The notes below the pieces were generated by a model that did not search any database, was not told the DNA's origin, and was given only the letters and a program-made list of their open reading frames with translations. From Nitrospirota bacterium (GTDB lineage: Bacteria; Nitrospirota; UBA9217), in contig CAVUHW010000018.1 in the NCBI GenBank assembly GCA_963741205.1, positions 1 through 64,000 of the forward strand: a stretch of DNA of 64,000 bases, written 5' to 3'. Both the position numbers and the translations under genes were made by a program. This document shows positions 12,340 through 25,022 of this stretch, one piece after another; the stretch's first letter is position 1, and each line of letters starts with the position of its first letter.

Positions 12340-13431
12340 GCAGGATGATGACAACCTCGAGCAACTCCGTCCGGTAGGTGGCGGCCTGGTCGGAGATAAC
12401 GGCGTAGACACCTTCGACGACTTCCAGCGAATGCCTGATGCTCTGCTCCCATTCCTCGAGGTGAAAGCGCTTGGCCAGGATGCTGTAGACCCGAGCGAGG
12501 TACTGGTCGCCTACCAGCTTGAGCACGTTTCCCGGCCGTTCCAGCATGCTGTTGGCTTCCATCCTTATCTCGCCCAGCGAGCGGAGAGGCCGCGTGTGGG
12601 TGTGCCAGAAGGGGAGCCAGGAGCGCGCCAAAGGGTGAATCAGTTTATAGGCCGCTGCCAGGCGCATGTCCAACTGCTCATCCAGATGACGGAACTCCAG
12701 CAATTGAAGATTGATGAATTCGATCGTTTGAAGAGTTTCTTCGCAGTCACTGTCGATCAGAACGGCTGCCGCCCAATCGGCGACGAACAGATCCGCCGGG
12801 CTGTAACTGAGATGGAGCCTGGTTGCTTCGGCAACTTCCGCATCGCTAAGAGCGTCCGTTTCCATGCGCACCAAACCGGCTAACCACCACGCCCTCGGTC
12901 CCAGCAGCAAGCCTGTCTCCGGCAGCGGCGGTCCCGGCGCAAGCTGAAAAACAAAGTACTCTTCACTGAGATGGCTCCAGAGCGGGCGCTGAATGGCAGG
13001 GAGCATTTTCTGATAAAGCGGTTCAAGGACAGTTCGAGCAGCCTGCGCGGGATCGTGGTCGGAAAGATATCCGGCAAGCTGTGTCAGGCTGCCGGCAGGC
13101 AAACGAAACGGTATGCGCAGGGAGACGCTGACTGCCGCAAAATCGAATACCGTCGCTTCTGCTGGTGCGCGCACAACTCCCATCTGAGGGAGGTCCAGCG
13201 TCACTTCCTCCAGAGGGAACCACAGCGGAGACGGCTTGTACGTGATCGATGCCGGAGTGCGTCGTCTGCGCGAGAGCTTATGCACTTCTCCCGGCACCAG
13301 ACGCTGTGCATGAGCGAGATCCACTTCATCCCCCCAGTCAAAAGCCACATGAACGTGGAGAGTGCCGGACAGAACCGCCTCGGGATCCCACTGGGGCTCC
13401 GGCTATCTGATCCATTCACCTGTGTCGTCAT
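12299..13431 (-). CDS. RMD1/DUF155-like protein with a C-terminal TM helix, frameshift near the 5' end
   Basis: AFDWGDEVDL; NLQLLEFRHLD; C-terminal LLEVVIILLIVFEI. Confidence 0.65.
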
Positions 13432-13563
13432 AGAGTCCCTCAGCCCCTGATTCCTCCTAATATGCAGGACTGATGAATGGTTGTGAAGATCATGTCAAGT
13501 CCGGACAGGCGCCCTAACGCCCTCTTGCGGTCGAATCTCCCCACAGTCTGTATAGCCACAGCG

Positions 13564-15238
13564 CTAGAAAGGAAACGCTAATTGGCCCGAGTATCGGTAC
13601 GGGTCTCTGCACCACGCGGTAGCGGCACGAAAAAGTTGGTCGAGTTATTGCTGATTTCATTCTGGATGAAAAGCAGGTTCTGCCACTGCAGGAACCGGGT
13701 CATGCCCAGATCGAATCGGACGGCGTGAACTCGAATGTTCACTCCGCTTCCCGATCCAAGGTCGTCATCGGTGAATTGCGAGATAAGCGGAGTTCGCCTC
13801 CTTGATAGCCGAATTGGTAGAGCAGGCGGACATCACCGAACCGTTTGACTTGTCCGAAATTTGCAGAGGCCATATAGCTGTACCGTTGCGCGCTGGTCCC
13901 GGCATTCTTAGACCCCTGCAGGTCGAACCAGAGAGGCATTTCCCTGTCTCCCACTTGATGCCCTTACGCTGAATGCGATATGCCACACGGGCAATCTGAA
14001 AGTTTGCGGTATACGCAGGCCCGCCCGGAGTCGTAGTTGCAGTGCCTGTGCCGGTAAGCGGCCCGGACAGCGTAATGCCGAGCGCGCCATTGGCAAGACG
14101 GGACGCCTGTTGCCGTGGATGCGACCTGGATCAGATTTGCGTTGTGATAAATCTGCATGTCGCTGGTGAACTGTGAATATCCATTTTGAGCCAAGCTCAG
14201 CCTTCACCTGAACCCGGGGTGATACAGCATTGCATCGCGAACCTTTTGCCCCGGCTAGAATCCGCCGTACGAGCGGAGAACTGGGAGACAGAATCTGAAT
14301 GTTGGGGCTGGCCAGGAAATACACTCCTCCGCGGAGTTCGAAGCTCTTGAAACCGAGCGCATTCTGCGGAAGCAGGGATCCGTGTGATCGTGGAGAACCC
14401 CTCGAAGCGAACGTCGTCATCCCACAAGAACCGCATGTTGTCGGCGAACACCTCTTCCATCCGTCCCCCTCTCAGACTGAAATGCCTGGTGGGATGGAAG
14501 TCGATGTAAGCCTCGGAAACATTGAATGGCGTCTTTGCGATCGTGTTGAAGTCCTGGTCCATAGTGATCGCATTATTCAAAGGACCGGTTGAGAGTTGCA
14601 TATGGGACCCGAACATGGAACTGAGCTGTTTGTCGATGTTTAAGCGGACGCGATAACGCGCCCGGGTGTTCTGTGCAGGGGCCGCGGCGTCTGTTCCCAC
14701 TGCGGAAGGTGGCGTCCGCTCGAAAACGGAAATCGCCGCTGAACTGAAACCCGTTGAAATCTCTTGAGGAGACCCTCCGTTCTGTTCTGCAGATCCTGCA
14801 TGGAAACCGTGTCCTTAGCATCTGGGGCGATGCTGATGCAGGCGCCACCGCCGTTGGGTATCGGAGTTGGCTGGAAGCATCGGCGCGGCGCTGGCTATCT
14901 CACCCAGCACATGCGTTCCGGAAACGGCGGCGGGCGCGGCTGCCGGCTGCGGCTTCGCGTCGGCTCCGGCAAGATCGCCGGCGGCAGATTTTCGCAGCTC
15001 CTGTAAAAGGAAGCGAAGTTCCTCTATTTGCTTCTGCTGGTCGGACAACTGTTTCTGCTGCTCCGACAGTTGTTGCTTCATGTGGACTATTTCACCCTCC
15101 GTCGCTGTCCAGAGAGATTCGCCTGGCTACGGGCGGTTTCTCCGCTCCTGCGCACAATGCCGCCGCGGCCACACCAACACAAAAAAGACCAGCCACAAAC
15201 ACAAGGCGTTTACGCCTGCAACCTGTCGTTGTGTCCAT
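13564..15238 (-). CDS. Putative outer-membrane porin (Porin_5-like), many frameshifts
   Basis: Signal peptide, Q-rich coiled coil, FSGDFRFRAD, RARYRVRL, LWDDDVRFEG, C-terminal Phe. Confidence 0.65.
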
Positions 15239-15601
15239 CCTCTTCACCTCAGTCTTCACGTTTTCGCATTAACCCGGTCCAACCCAACCCATCACAACTC
15301 TTCACTCGATCATCAGGATCGCGGTCCCGACGGAATGCTGAGCATAGGGAGTTTTTGTGAACAGGATGTTAACGCTAAGTTAGGGTTTGGTTAAGAAGAT
15401 CTATTGCATAGCGCTCTCCGAGGAAGACCTCAGGCAAGTCTCTTCGCTGCAACGATGGGCACCCCCCGGCTTGACCCAACATCCGCCGGATTGAATAATT
15501 CTGATTGAGCATAGTCATCGAGCTCACGGAGAGGTGACCCCTCTCCGCTCCTTCATCGGTCGCAGCTCTGAATGCGGCGGTGCGTGTGGAAAGCATAAAT
15601 C

Positions 15602-16668
15602 ATGAAAATGTGGTGGCGGTTTTTCGCACTGGCATGGATTTTGACCACTGTCCCTCTATCCGGATGGCCGGAAGAAGGGCTGCCGCCGGCTGCCGGACTC
15701 TATGGCAATACCGGCTTCTGGAAAGTGCTCACAGCGGAGACTCTCCCCAGGCGGCAAGCTTCCTTCTCAATATGGTACGACCGAATTAATCGGAACCCCG
15801 GATACCTTACGGTCAGCACAACCGGATTCGGAGGGTGTTTTGGGATCACCGACCGGCTGGAGTTTGGAGCAACCCTGGAGGCAAACCGTCACGTGCTGGT
15901 CGGACGTGGAGAGCAACTGAGCTTTGGGCAGCAAGCGCTTGGTTTTTTCGGCGATAAGACACCCGGCTCACCACCTCTGCCGGCAGAACTTGTTGAAGGC
16001 AGCAGCCGCGTGGCTCAACTGCGTTTTCCGCCGACGACAACCGGTACGCTAACAGGGTCTGCAGGCTATTACAATTTGCTCCCATTCGCAGGCCTCGTGG
16101 GATCGGGCGGTGCGGCCGGCCTGATATCGTTGGAGCAAAATATAGAGTATTTTCCGAAGCCGGAAACGACCCGTTGGGACTCGCCGTGCATGCGTATTTC
16201 GGCATACCGATTCACAAGTCCATCGACTTCCTGCTCAATCATCCGGTAGGCACCGCAGACCTGCAGTTCGGCTTTGACGGCATCATCAGCAAAACTCTCG
16301 GACATGGAGCGGAAATCCATTGGAACGTCGGCTACCGGCATATCAACCAGCCGGCGCATGTCACTGTATTCCGGCTGGCAGAGGAGCTACCCCTCGCACT
16401 GGGATTGACAGTGCCGATTACTGCCCGGCTTCAGGCGGCGGTGGAATCAACGGCCGAAATATTCATAGGCAGACACACGCCGAACACAACCTTTGGCTCC
16501 GCGGATCCGGTGGATATAACTCTGCGTTTACTAGCCCACCTCACCCGCTCTCTCAGTTTCAGCACGGGATATCAACGGCCCATCAACCAATTCGGAGGGG
16601 ACAAAAACGGTTTTGTGCTGACAATGGCCTATTCCCATCACCCGGCCGGTGCCCGGTCAGCCCCTTAG
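15602..16668 (+). CDS. Secreted / outer-membrane beta-barrel-like hypothetical protein, frameshift near 16135
   Basis: Signal peptide; GNTGFWKVLTAETL; FGITDRLEFG; alternating beta-strand pattern. Confidence 0.55.
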
Positions 16669-17094
16669 CATTTCTCACCGGCTTTCTACTGCAGTTGCGG
16701 ATCCGGGCATGCCTAGTGCGCTGCCGATCAAAATGAATATCTTGCTGGTCATGAAATTGAGAGATAGCAGTGGGTATCGGCGCCGACCAAACCTGGCCCC
16801 CGGGAGGGGGCCTTCATGCATCGTTTCAAGGGTGTGAAGCTCTGCGAAACACTGGCTCCCGAAAAGCCTGTCTACTGCATAAAGTGTAGGCCATATTGAG
16901 GCCAAGTCCATGGGACCCTGGTCTCGTTTATTTGGGACAATTGTCCTAATCAAACATTTGACGATTATAATCTCCGTCGCGTGATTCAGCTGGTTGTGGG
17001 GCGCCTACGCGTCACAAAACAGAATACCCTTGAGCCGGAATCGCACCTCGGCTACGCTGTGACCTAAACCACCCACAACGTAGAGGACGCAGGC

Positions 17095-19036
17095 GTGACC
17101 CCTGAATCCGGCATCGCGACCCCTGACTCCAGCGCGGCGGCCCAGCCGCGCACTCCCGAAGAGATCGAGCGCGACTGGTTCGAGAACGTCTACCAGGGCG
17201 ACAAGATGCCGCAGCTCACGCTGCGCGCGCTGATCATGGGCATGCTGCTCGGCGCGCTCATGGCGCTGCTCGAACGTCTACATCGGCCTCAAGGCCGGCT
17301 GGAGCATGGGCGTCGCGATCACCTCGTGCATCCTGGCGTACGCCATCTTCGCCGCGCTCCATCGCGCCGTTCCCGAGGCAGTTCCCGCCGTTCAGCATCC
17401 TCGAGAACAACGCCATGCAGTCGGCGCCTCGGCGGCCGGCTCCATGACCGGCGCGGGCCTGGTCAACGCCATCCCCGCGCTCATGATGCTGAACCCGGCG
17501 CGATGCCCGGCGACTGTGGCACGCTGCCTGTGGCTATCCTGGGTGCTGGTGATCTCGCTGGCTCGGCGTGTTCCTCGCGGTGCCGGCCAAGCGCCAGATG
17601 ATCAACATCGAGCAGCTCCGCTTCCCGAGCGGGACCGCCGCGGCCACCACGCTGCGCAGCCCTGCACAGCGCGGGAGGCGGCAAGGCCGAGCGCCAGGCG
17701 CGCGCGCTCGGGCTCGCCGGCGCCTGCTCGGCGCGCGTCATCACGTGGTTGCGCGACGCCGGACGCGCCGCTGGCTCAAGTGGTACCCGGAACGATCCCG
17801 CTGCCGACGCTTGGGGCACGAGCTGGATCCAGCATCGGCACGTGACACTGGACCAGCCGCTGATGCTCAACCAGGTCACCATGTCGTTCGAGGGCTCGCT
17901 GCTGTTCATCGCCGCGCGGCGCGATCATGGGCTTCCGCCAGGCGTGGAGCATGATGCTCGGGCGCGGTCGTCAACTACGTGCGTGCTCGCGCCGATGATG
18001 CTGGACGCCGGCGTGATCGAGGCGGCCGGCTTCCGCAGGATCTCGTCGTGGAGCCTGTGGATCGGCGTCCCGATGATGGTCACCTCGGGGCTGCTGCTGT
18101 TCTTCATGCAGTGGAAGACGGTCGTGCGCGCGTTCAGCACGCATCGGCGGCGTTCCTCAAGAAGCGCGAGGCGCGGCGAACGATCCGATGGAGCGGATCG
18201 AGGTGCCCGGCTCGTGGTTCATGGGCGGGCTGCATGGTGCTCGGCGCCGCCGCGATCTGCCTCGGGCACTGTCTGTTCCACATCCACGTGGTGGATGGGC
18301 GTGATCGCGGTGCTCGCTCACGTTCTTGCTGGTGGTCGTGGCCGGCGCGCGCCGACCGGCGAGACCGACATCACGCCGATCGGGCCGCTGCGCAAGATCA
18401 CGCAGCTCACGTTCGGCGCGATCGCGCCGGGCAACATCACCACCAACCTGATGACCGCCAACATCACCGCCGGCGCCGTGTCAGCACGCCGGCGACCTGC
18501 TCACCGACCTCAAGAGCGGCTACCTGCTCGGCGCCAACCCGCGCCAGCAGTTCCTCGCCCAGTTCTTCGGCGTGCTCGCCGGCGGGCTCGTGGTGGTGCC
18601 GGTGTTCTTCATCCTGATCCCGAACGCCGTCGGTGCTGGGCACCGAGCAAGTGGCCCGCGCCCGCGGCGCAGGTGTGGCGCGGCGTGGCCGAGCTGCTGG
18701 CGAAGGGCGTCGGCTCGCTGCATCCCACCGCGCGCATCGGCCTGCTGGTCGGCGCGCTCGTCGGCATCGTGCTCCCGCTGCTCGAGATGGCGTTCCCGAA
18801 GCACGAAGAAGTTCATCCCGTCGGCCACCGGGCCTCGGGCTCGCGTTCACGATCAACGGCTTCAACTCGATCTCGATGTTCATCGGCGCGTGCGCTCGCG
18901 CTGTGGCTGTCGCAAGGCGCAAGCCCGAAGATCGCACGAGGAGTACACGGTGCCGGTGGCCTCGGGAATCATCGCCGGCGAGAGCCTGATGGGCGTGGCG
19001 ATCGCGCTGCTGACCGTGGCGGGCGTGTTGGGATAA
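17095..19036 (+). CDS. OPT-family oligopeptide transporter, heavily frameshifted
   Basis: PQLTLRALIMG, LENNAMQS, LRFPSGTAAA, GETDITP, DLKSGYLLGA, PAPAAQVW, SGIIAGESLMG. Confidence 0.85.
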
Positions 19037-19267
19037 GGTCGGAAGTTCGAAGTAAACGAGCAGACCCGTCTCCGTCTCCACTTCCACCTCGATAAAACGC
19101 GCCTGGTCATGATCCTAGGCCGGAAATTTGCAAGCAAAAACGGGAGTCCTCCGGTAGAGCCTGAAGAGCCACCGGTCTGCGAAGATGCTCATCCACTCGA
19201 CTGGTATGTGTTATTTTAGGAGCCGTCCCTGTGGCCGTTGTGCCCAAGGAACAAAGAAGAAGGACAG

Positions 19268-21048
19268 ATGAAACTCACCCATGCTCAACTCTCGTCGATT
19301 GGACCCGTGCGCGCGAACAATGAGGATTATCTCGGCTTCATGGACGCGGTAGAGCCCGAGGAAGAGCGTACGCGCGGATCCGTGGCCATCGTGGCTGACG
19401 GCCTGGGGGGGCACGGGGACGGCGAGGTGGCGAGCCGGCTGGCAGTCGAGACGGCGCTGCAGAAGTTGCGGGCGATCTTCGCAATCAGATGGAAGTGCCA
19501 ACAACCTCATCTGGCAGATTTCACGCTGCAAACCAGGCCGTCTATGATGCCGGTGTCCAAAGTAAAACCACTCCTCGGATGGCAACAACGCTGACGATTT
19601 CGTCTTCCGCAATGACGAGGTAAACATCGGGCATGTCGGCGATTCTAGGGTTTACCTGGTCCAGCAAGGTCAGGCCGCGCGTTACCGAGGACCACTCGTA
19701 CGTCGCCATGCAGATGAAACTCGGCCTGATTTCCGAAAAGGATGCCATGGTCAGCCATCTCCGCTCGATGCTGACGCGCAGCGTCGGCCAGGAAATCACT
19801 ATCCAGGTCGACTATTTCACCGTCAGAGTCGCGCGAAGGGGATTACCTGGTCCAATGCACGGACGGCTTTTACACTCACGTCACCGAACGCGAGATCGCA
19901 AACACGGTTATGCGCTGCCGCCGGACCAAGCGTGCCGCAAGCTGATCGCGCTTGCCGAAAAACGCAAAACGGAAGACAACCCTTTCGATACAGGTCGTAA
20001 GAATCGATCGGATCGAGCGCGTGTTGTATCACATGGGAGTTCCTTATTATCGTGAGGCGCCTGAAACTGCAATGAGCCACGAAATTCAAGCCGGCCATGT
20101 TCTGGACGATGGTTCTGCATAACCGACACTATCAATCGAAGCGGGATGGCAACCATCTTCAAGGCGACCGATCTGAACACCAACCAGACCGTCGCAGTCA
20201 AGGTGCCCTTAATGCAGTACGAGAGCGATCCGGGTTCTACGACCGCTTCGAGCGCGAGAAAGTCATCGGCAAGGCGCTGAACCACCCGGCTATCCTGCAT
20301 GTGATTGCGGTCGAAGAAAAAAGCCGTCGCCTACATGGTCATGGAGTATCTCCAAGGGCAAACACTCCGTAAGCGCTGGAAGACGCAAGCCCGATGAAGA
20401 CTACCGATGCTGTAAGCATTGTGTGCCGGCTCTGCGACGCGCTCGACTATATGCATCGCCAGGAGGTGGTGCACCGCGACCTGAAGCCGGAAAACGTGAT
20501 GCTTTGCGACGACCGGGTCCGTCCGGATCATGGATTTCGGGATTGCCAAGGTCGCCGGGCTGCGGCGCCTGACATTTTCCGGACTGTCGCAAGCCAGTGG
20601 GAACCCCAGATTATATGGCGCCGGAGCAGGTCAAGGGGAAACGAGGGGACCGGAGAACAGACATTTACAGCCTTGGAGCAATGCTGTACGAGATGGTGAC
20701 GGGTTCACCGCCGTTCGAGGGGCGAGCCCTTACCAGATCATGAATGCGCGGCTCACCGGAGACCCGCTGGCGCCGCGCAAGCTCAATCCTGAAGTCAACC
20801 GCAGCTGGAAGAAATCATTCTCCACGCAATGGAACGAAATCCGGCGGATCGTTATGCCACCGCGTCAAGAAATGAAGGCGGAGCTCGATCACCTGAGTCG
20901 GTCGCGCTGACCGGGCGGCACGAGCGGCTGAAATCTCCGGCACCCTGGAAGGCCGGCTGGCGTACGCTGCGCATCGTGCTCCTGACCATACTGGGCACCC
21001 TGGTAACATTTGCCCTGATCTGGTTCGGTCTTCCGCAACCGCGGATGA
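19268..21048 (+). CDS. Bifunctional PP2C phosphatase / Ser-Thr protein kinase with a C-terminal TM helix, frameshifted
   Basis: [27 protein letters not shown] and EDN PP2C motifs, then [27 protein letters not shown] kinase motifs. Confidence 0.85.
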
Positions 21049-21122
21049 AGGCGGGAAAAACGGATTACGACTGTGTGATCCGTCTTTCCCGCGCCGTCCG
21101 CGGTCGCGTCTTGCATGGCCCG

Positions 21123-22682
21123 CTATGCCGTGGTACGTCGGGCGGTGCCCATCAGCGGACGAGACTTTCGGGCGCTGTTTATCATTACATATATCAAGCT
21201 GATCAGCGCCCACCCGCCGGCCAAGGCAAAGCAGATGTAGGCTTCGTGCTTCGCATCCGCGTTGCCGATAATGTACAGGTAGAGATCGAGAACAGCATCG
21301 CGATATTGAGGAGCAGTCCGAGCGCCGGCACGATAAGATGTTGATCGTGCTGTATTCTTTTCGCTCGCGGAACGCGACGATCGTCCAGATGCAGGTCAGG
21401 GCATAGAGGACGAAGGTGCCGAAGTTCGATGCCAGGGTGATTCCCGTAAGCCCGACGACCGACTGCACGCCGATAAGCGCGATGCCGCAGGACACGAAAA
21501 CCAAGACCCAAACGGCCTTGTGCGGCGTCGCAAACTTGCCGTGCATGGCGCCCAGAAACTCCGGCATCTCGTCGTCCTTCGCCATGGCGTAGCTGACGCG
21601 TACGGCCGTGTTCAAACAGCTGAGCGTGGTTCCCAGAATGGCCAGCCCCACAGTCACGGCGATGCTGATCATCAACCCGAAACCGATGCCGTCGAAGCAC
21701 CGCGTTGCCCACATGAATCGCCATGTCTCCGATCGGCGCGCTCGACGCGGCCGCCGCATCCATGCCTGTGACAACCGCACCGGGGCGTTCTTGCCGGCGA
21801 ACTCATCGCCGATCATGAAACCGGCGGCGAAGTATTCGAACAGGTACGCCAGGAGGCCTTGAATGACGAGAGAGAGGATCACAGCCCGGGGAATATTGCG
21901 CCGTCGGATTCTTGGTTTCCGCCGCCAGAGCCGTGCAGCTTTCGAACCCGACCAGAATCAGAATCGCGATTGTGGATTGCACCAGCACGCCGACCAGCGA
22001 GTGCGGCATCACGACATCCCAGGAACTGCTGAAGGCCCATTTGGTCACGCCTTCCGGATTGGTCATCCGATAGTAGATGGCGAGCCCGCTGAATATCACC
22101 AGGGTAGTGAGCTGCACGACATTGATGACGATCGAGGTGATGGTGGAGCCTGTTACGCCGCGCATAGCGATGTAGCCGGTGAGAAGCGCAAACAGAATCG
22201 CGATCACATCCAGGCCTATGACTGAAATCGCATCTTCCGGTGAACTGTGAGTACATATAGCCGATGAGCGTGGCCATCACGCAACCATCACTCCCGGGTA
22301 CACCCAGTAGAAGAGATGCGCAGCCCAGCCGGTCGATGATCTTCGCCAGCCGCGCCCATTTGTGATGCTCTTTCTTTTCCCGGTCGAGGAAGGCCTTCTC
22401 TGCGAAATAGTAACAGCTGCCGAAGCCCGCCTCCGGATAGATGCGCGCGAGCTCCGCGTAGGAGATCGCCGTCAAGAAGGCCAGAATGAGTGCGGCCCCG
22501 ATTCCCGCCCAGATATCGCTGGCAACCGAACTGCCGTTCGGTGCCGTGGCGGAGGCTTGCAACTGGTACGTGATCCACAGGAAGGCGCCGGGTGCGATCA
22601 GCGCCATTGCATTCATGGTGGCACCGGTCAACCCGAGGGATGGGGTTATCGATACATTGCTGTTCGATTCATTGTTTGCCAT
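21123..22682 (-). CDS. APC-family amino acid permease, frameshifted
   Basis: AMALIAPGAF, SYAELARIYP.AG, LVGFES...AETKNP, RVSYAMAKD, HGKFATPHKA. Confidence 0.85.
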
Positions 22683-22781
22683 ATCGTCTCCTTTTAGACA
22701 CACGTTTTCTAAAGACACACTTCGACTACATCCGCCCAACATGGTTAATGAGGGTCAAACTAAGCTCAGAGATTTCGGGGC

Positions 22782-24370
22782 TCAGCCTGCCGCGCGGAAC
22801 CTGGGTGGCGGAGCAGGCGCCACCCCATGCGTGATAGCCGGGGTAATCATGAAATCGGGATAACCGACGGCGCCCATTTCCGACATATCGAGGCCCTCGA
22901 ACTCGACATCGGCGGAAACGCGGTTGCCGATCAACCGGTCAAGAACTTTGAAAAAGACATAGAACGAACCGAAGACAAATACAAAACAGGTCAAGCCGCC
23001 GATTGCCTGGGCGAGCAGTTGACTCAGGTCCCCATAGAACAGGCCGCGCACGGTTCCGGGCACGCCATTGACACCCGTCGCCATAAGTGCCGTCCGCGAA
23101 CAGGCCGAGCGCAATCGCCCCACGCGCCGCAGATCCCGTGGACGGAGATGGCGCCGACGGGATCGTCCACCTTCAGCGTGCGCTCGACGAAGAAGACGGA
23201 AGCCACCACGAGCAGGCCGGCGATCGTGCCGATGATGACCGCCGACAACGCTGTTGACGAAAGCGCAGGGGCAGTGATGGCCACAAGTCCCGCGAGCATG
23301 CCGTTGCAAGCATGCTGGGATCGGGCTTGCCGTAGTCGCAGCCAGACATAGAAGCATGGCCGAAAATGCGCACCGGCGGCGGAGCGCCAGCATGGTATTG
23401 ACGGCGATCACCGAGATCCGGAGGTCCGTGCCGGCAAGGGTAGTCCCGGCATTGAACCCAAACCATCCGAACGCCAGGATGAAGGTGCCGAGGACTGCCA
23501 TGGGAATGTCGTGTCCGGGTATTGCGATGGGCTTTCCATCTCCTCGTAAATTTGCCCAGTCGCGGGCCGAGCACCATGGCGCCGGCCAGCGCCGCACGCC
23601 GCCCACCATGTGGACCACGGAGGAACCGGCAAAGTCAACATGGCCGTGTCCGAGGCCGAAGTTGACTCCCGAGCTGTGCACAGCCAGCCGCCGCCCCAGA
23701 CCCAGTTGCCGAAGAGCGGGTAGACGATCATGCGCCATGAAGAAGCCGAAGATGACGAACGAGGAGAACTTCCATCGCTCCGCCATCGCGCCGGTCGGAA
23801 TCGTCGCCGCCGTGTCCATGAACACCATCTGGAAGAGGAACAGCGCGAAGACGCCGGCGTCGTAGGCGACGCCGCTCAGAAAGAATCCTTTCAGTCCCGA
23901 AGAGTCCGAAGTCTTTCCCGAAGAGGTTGATGGTGAATTCGTGGTTCAGGCCCGGCGTTCCGCCCAGGCGTCCGATCGCGCCCATGCCGCCCATCATGGA
24001 AGGCATAGCCGCAAGATCCAGTATCCCAGCATGCCGATGCCGTAGATCATCAGGTTCATCGACATGGTGTGGGCGACATTCTTGGCGCGGGTAAAGCCGG
24101 TCTCGACCATGGCAAACCCGGCCTGCATGAACATGACCAGGAAGCCGCCATCAGCGTCCAGACGATGTTGATCGCGACGCGATCGTGACCCGCCGCGTCC
24201 ATTACTTCCTTGAGACTCGGATCTGCAGAGTCTTTAGCCGGCACGTCCTGTGTTGCCAGCAGGCCCGTGGGGTGCGGGGTTGCTCTTCTCCTGAGCCCCT
24301 GCGTCCCGCAACCATGCGGGGGCGGCTGCCAGCGACACCAGAATCCCCAAATAGACGACAGCACGATTGA
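22782..24370 (-). CDS. amtB: Ammonium transporter, frameshifted; start approximate
   Basis: FMQAGFAMVETG, GAMAERWKF, DFAGSSVVH, FGWFGFNAG, DDPVGAISVHG. Confidence 0.93.
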
Positions 24371-24400
24371 GCACGGTCAGTCTCTCCGGGAATTGTATAG

Positions 24401-24415
24401 GCAAGTCGTGTGCCA
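24401..24415 (-). promoter_or_regulatory. Sigma-54 -24/-12 promoter for amt and the APC permease
   Basis: TGGCAC-ACGAC-TTGC, a perfect consensus just upstream of amt. Confidence 0.85.
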
Positions 24416-24848
24416 AATCGTGCGAGCATCACCCATCACACCACTCATGTATCTGACAATACAGGCTTTTCCACGGCTTATGCGTCACTTTCGAGACAAT
24501 GCCTGACAACGGCTCATTACGACATAATTGTAGTAATATAGGGCACTATTGTACAAACTTGTATGATTTAGTTGAAAATTCTCGCGATCCTGTCGGCAAG
24601 CGGGCGATCGCTCGCAAGGTGCTCGGCGCCCGATCGGACTGTGTCCGACTCACTCCCCGGCGGCCGGTGACGGATGCGCGGCGTTCGGACAGGGCTCAGC
24701 CCGGCTCAATCATACAAAATTGTGCTATTAAATATCATATTGTTACATAAATGGATTGCATTCGGACCAGACGCCCATTCCTCCTGCATACCGGTCAAGT
24801 GATTAGCCGGCAAGCACATAGCCCCGCCGTGAATCCGTGGGAATGGAG

Positions 24849-24863
24849 TGGAATACCGTTTGC
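24849..24863 (+). promoter_or_regulatory. Sigma-54 promoter for the porin gene
   Basis: TGGAAT-ACCGT-TTGC with correct GG/GC spacing, divergent from amt. Confidence 0.6.
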
Positions 24864-25022
24864 AATAGGAGGGCGTGAGATGGAGCATCTGAAATCCTAT
24901 GGGTGCTCCGAGTGAGGGAAAAGGCGTTTCGAGTCGTTTGAACGCCTATCCTTCGTTGACGCCAATCGCGGGCGGCCTTCAAGGCCGTCCTGCCTTAATC
25001 AAAGAGGCTAATGATGTGTTCG

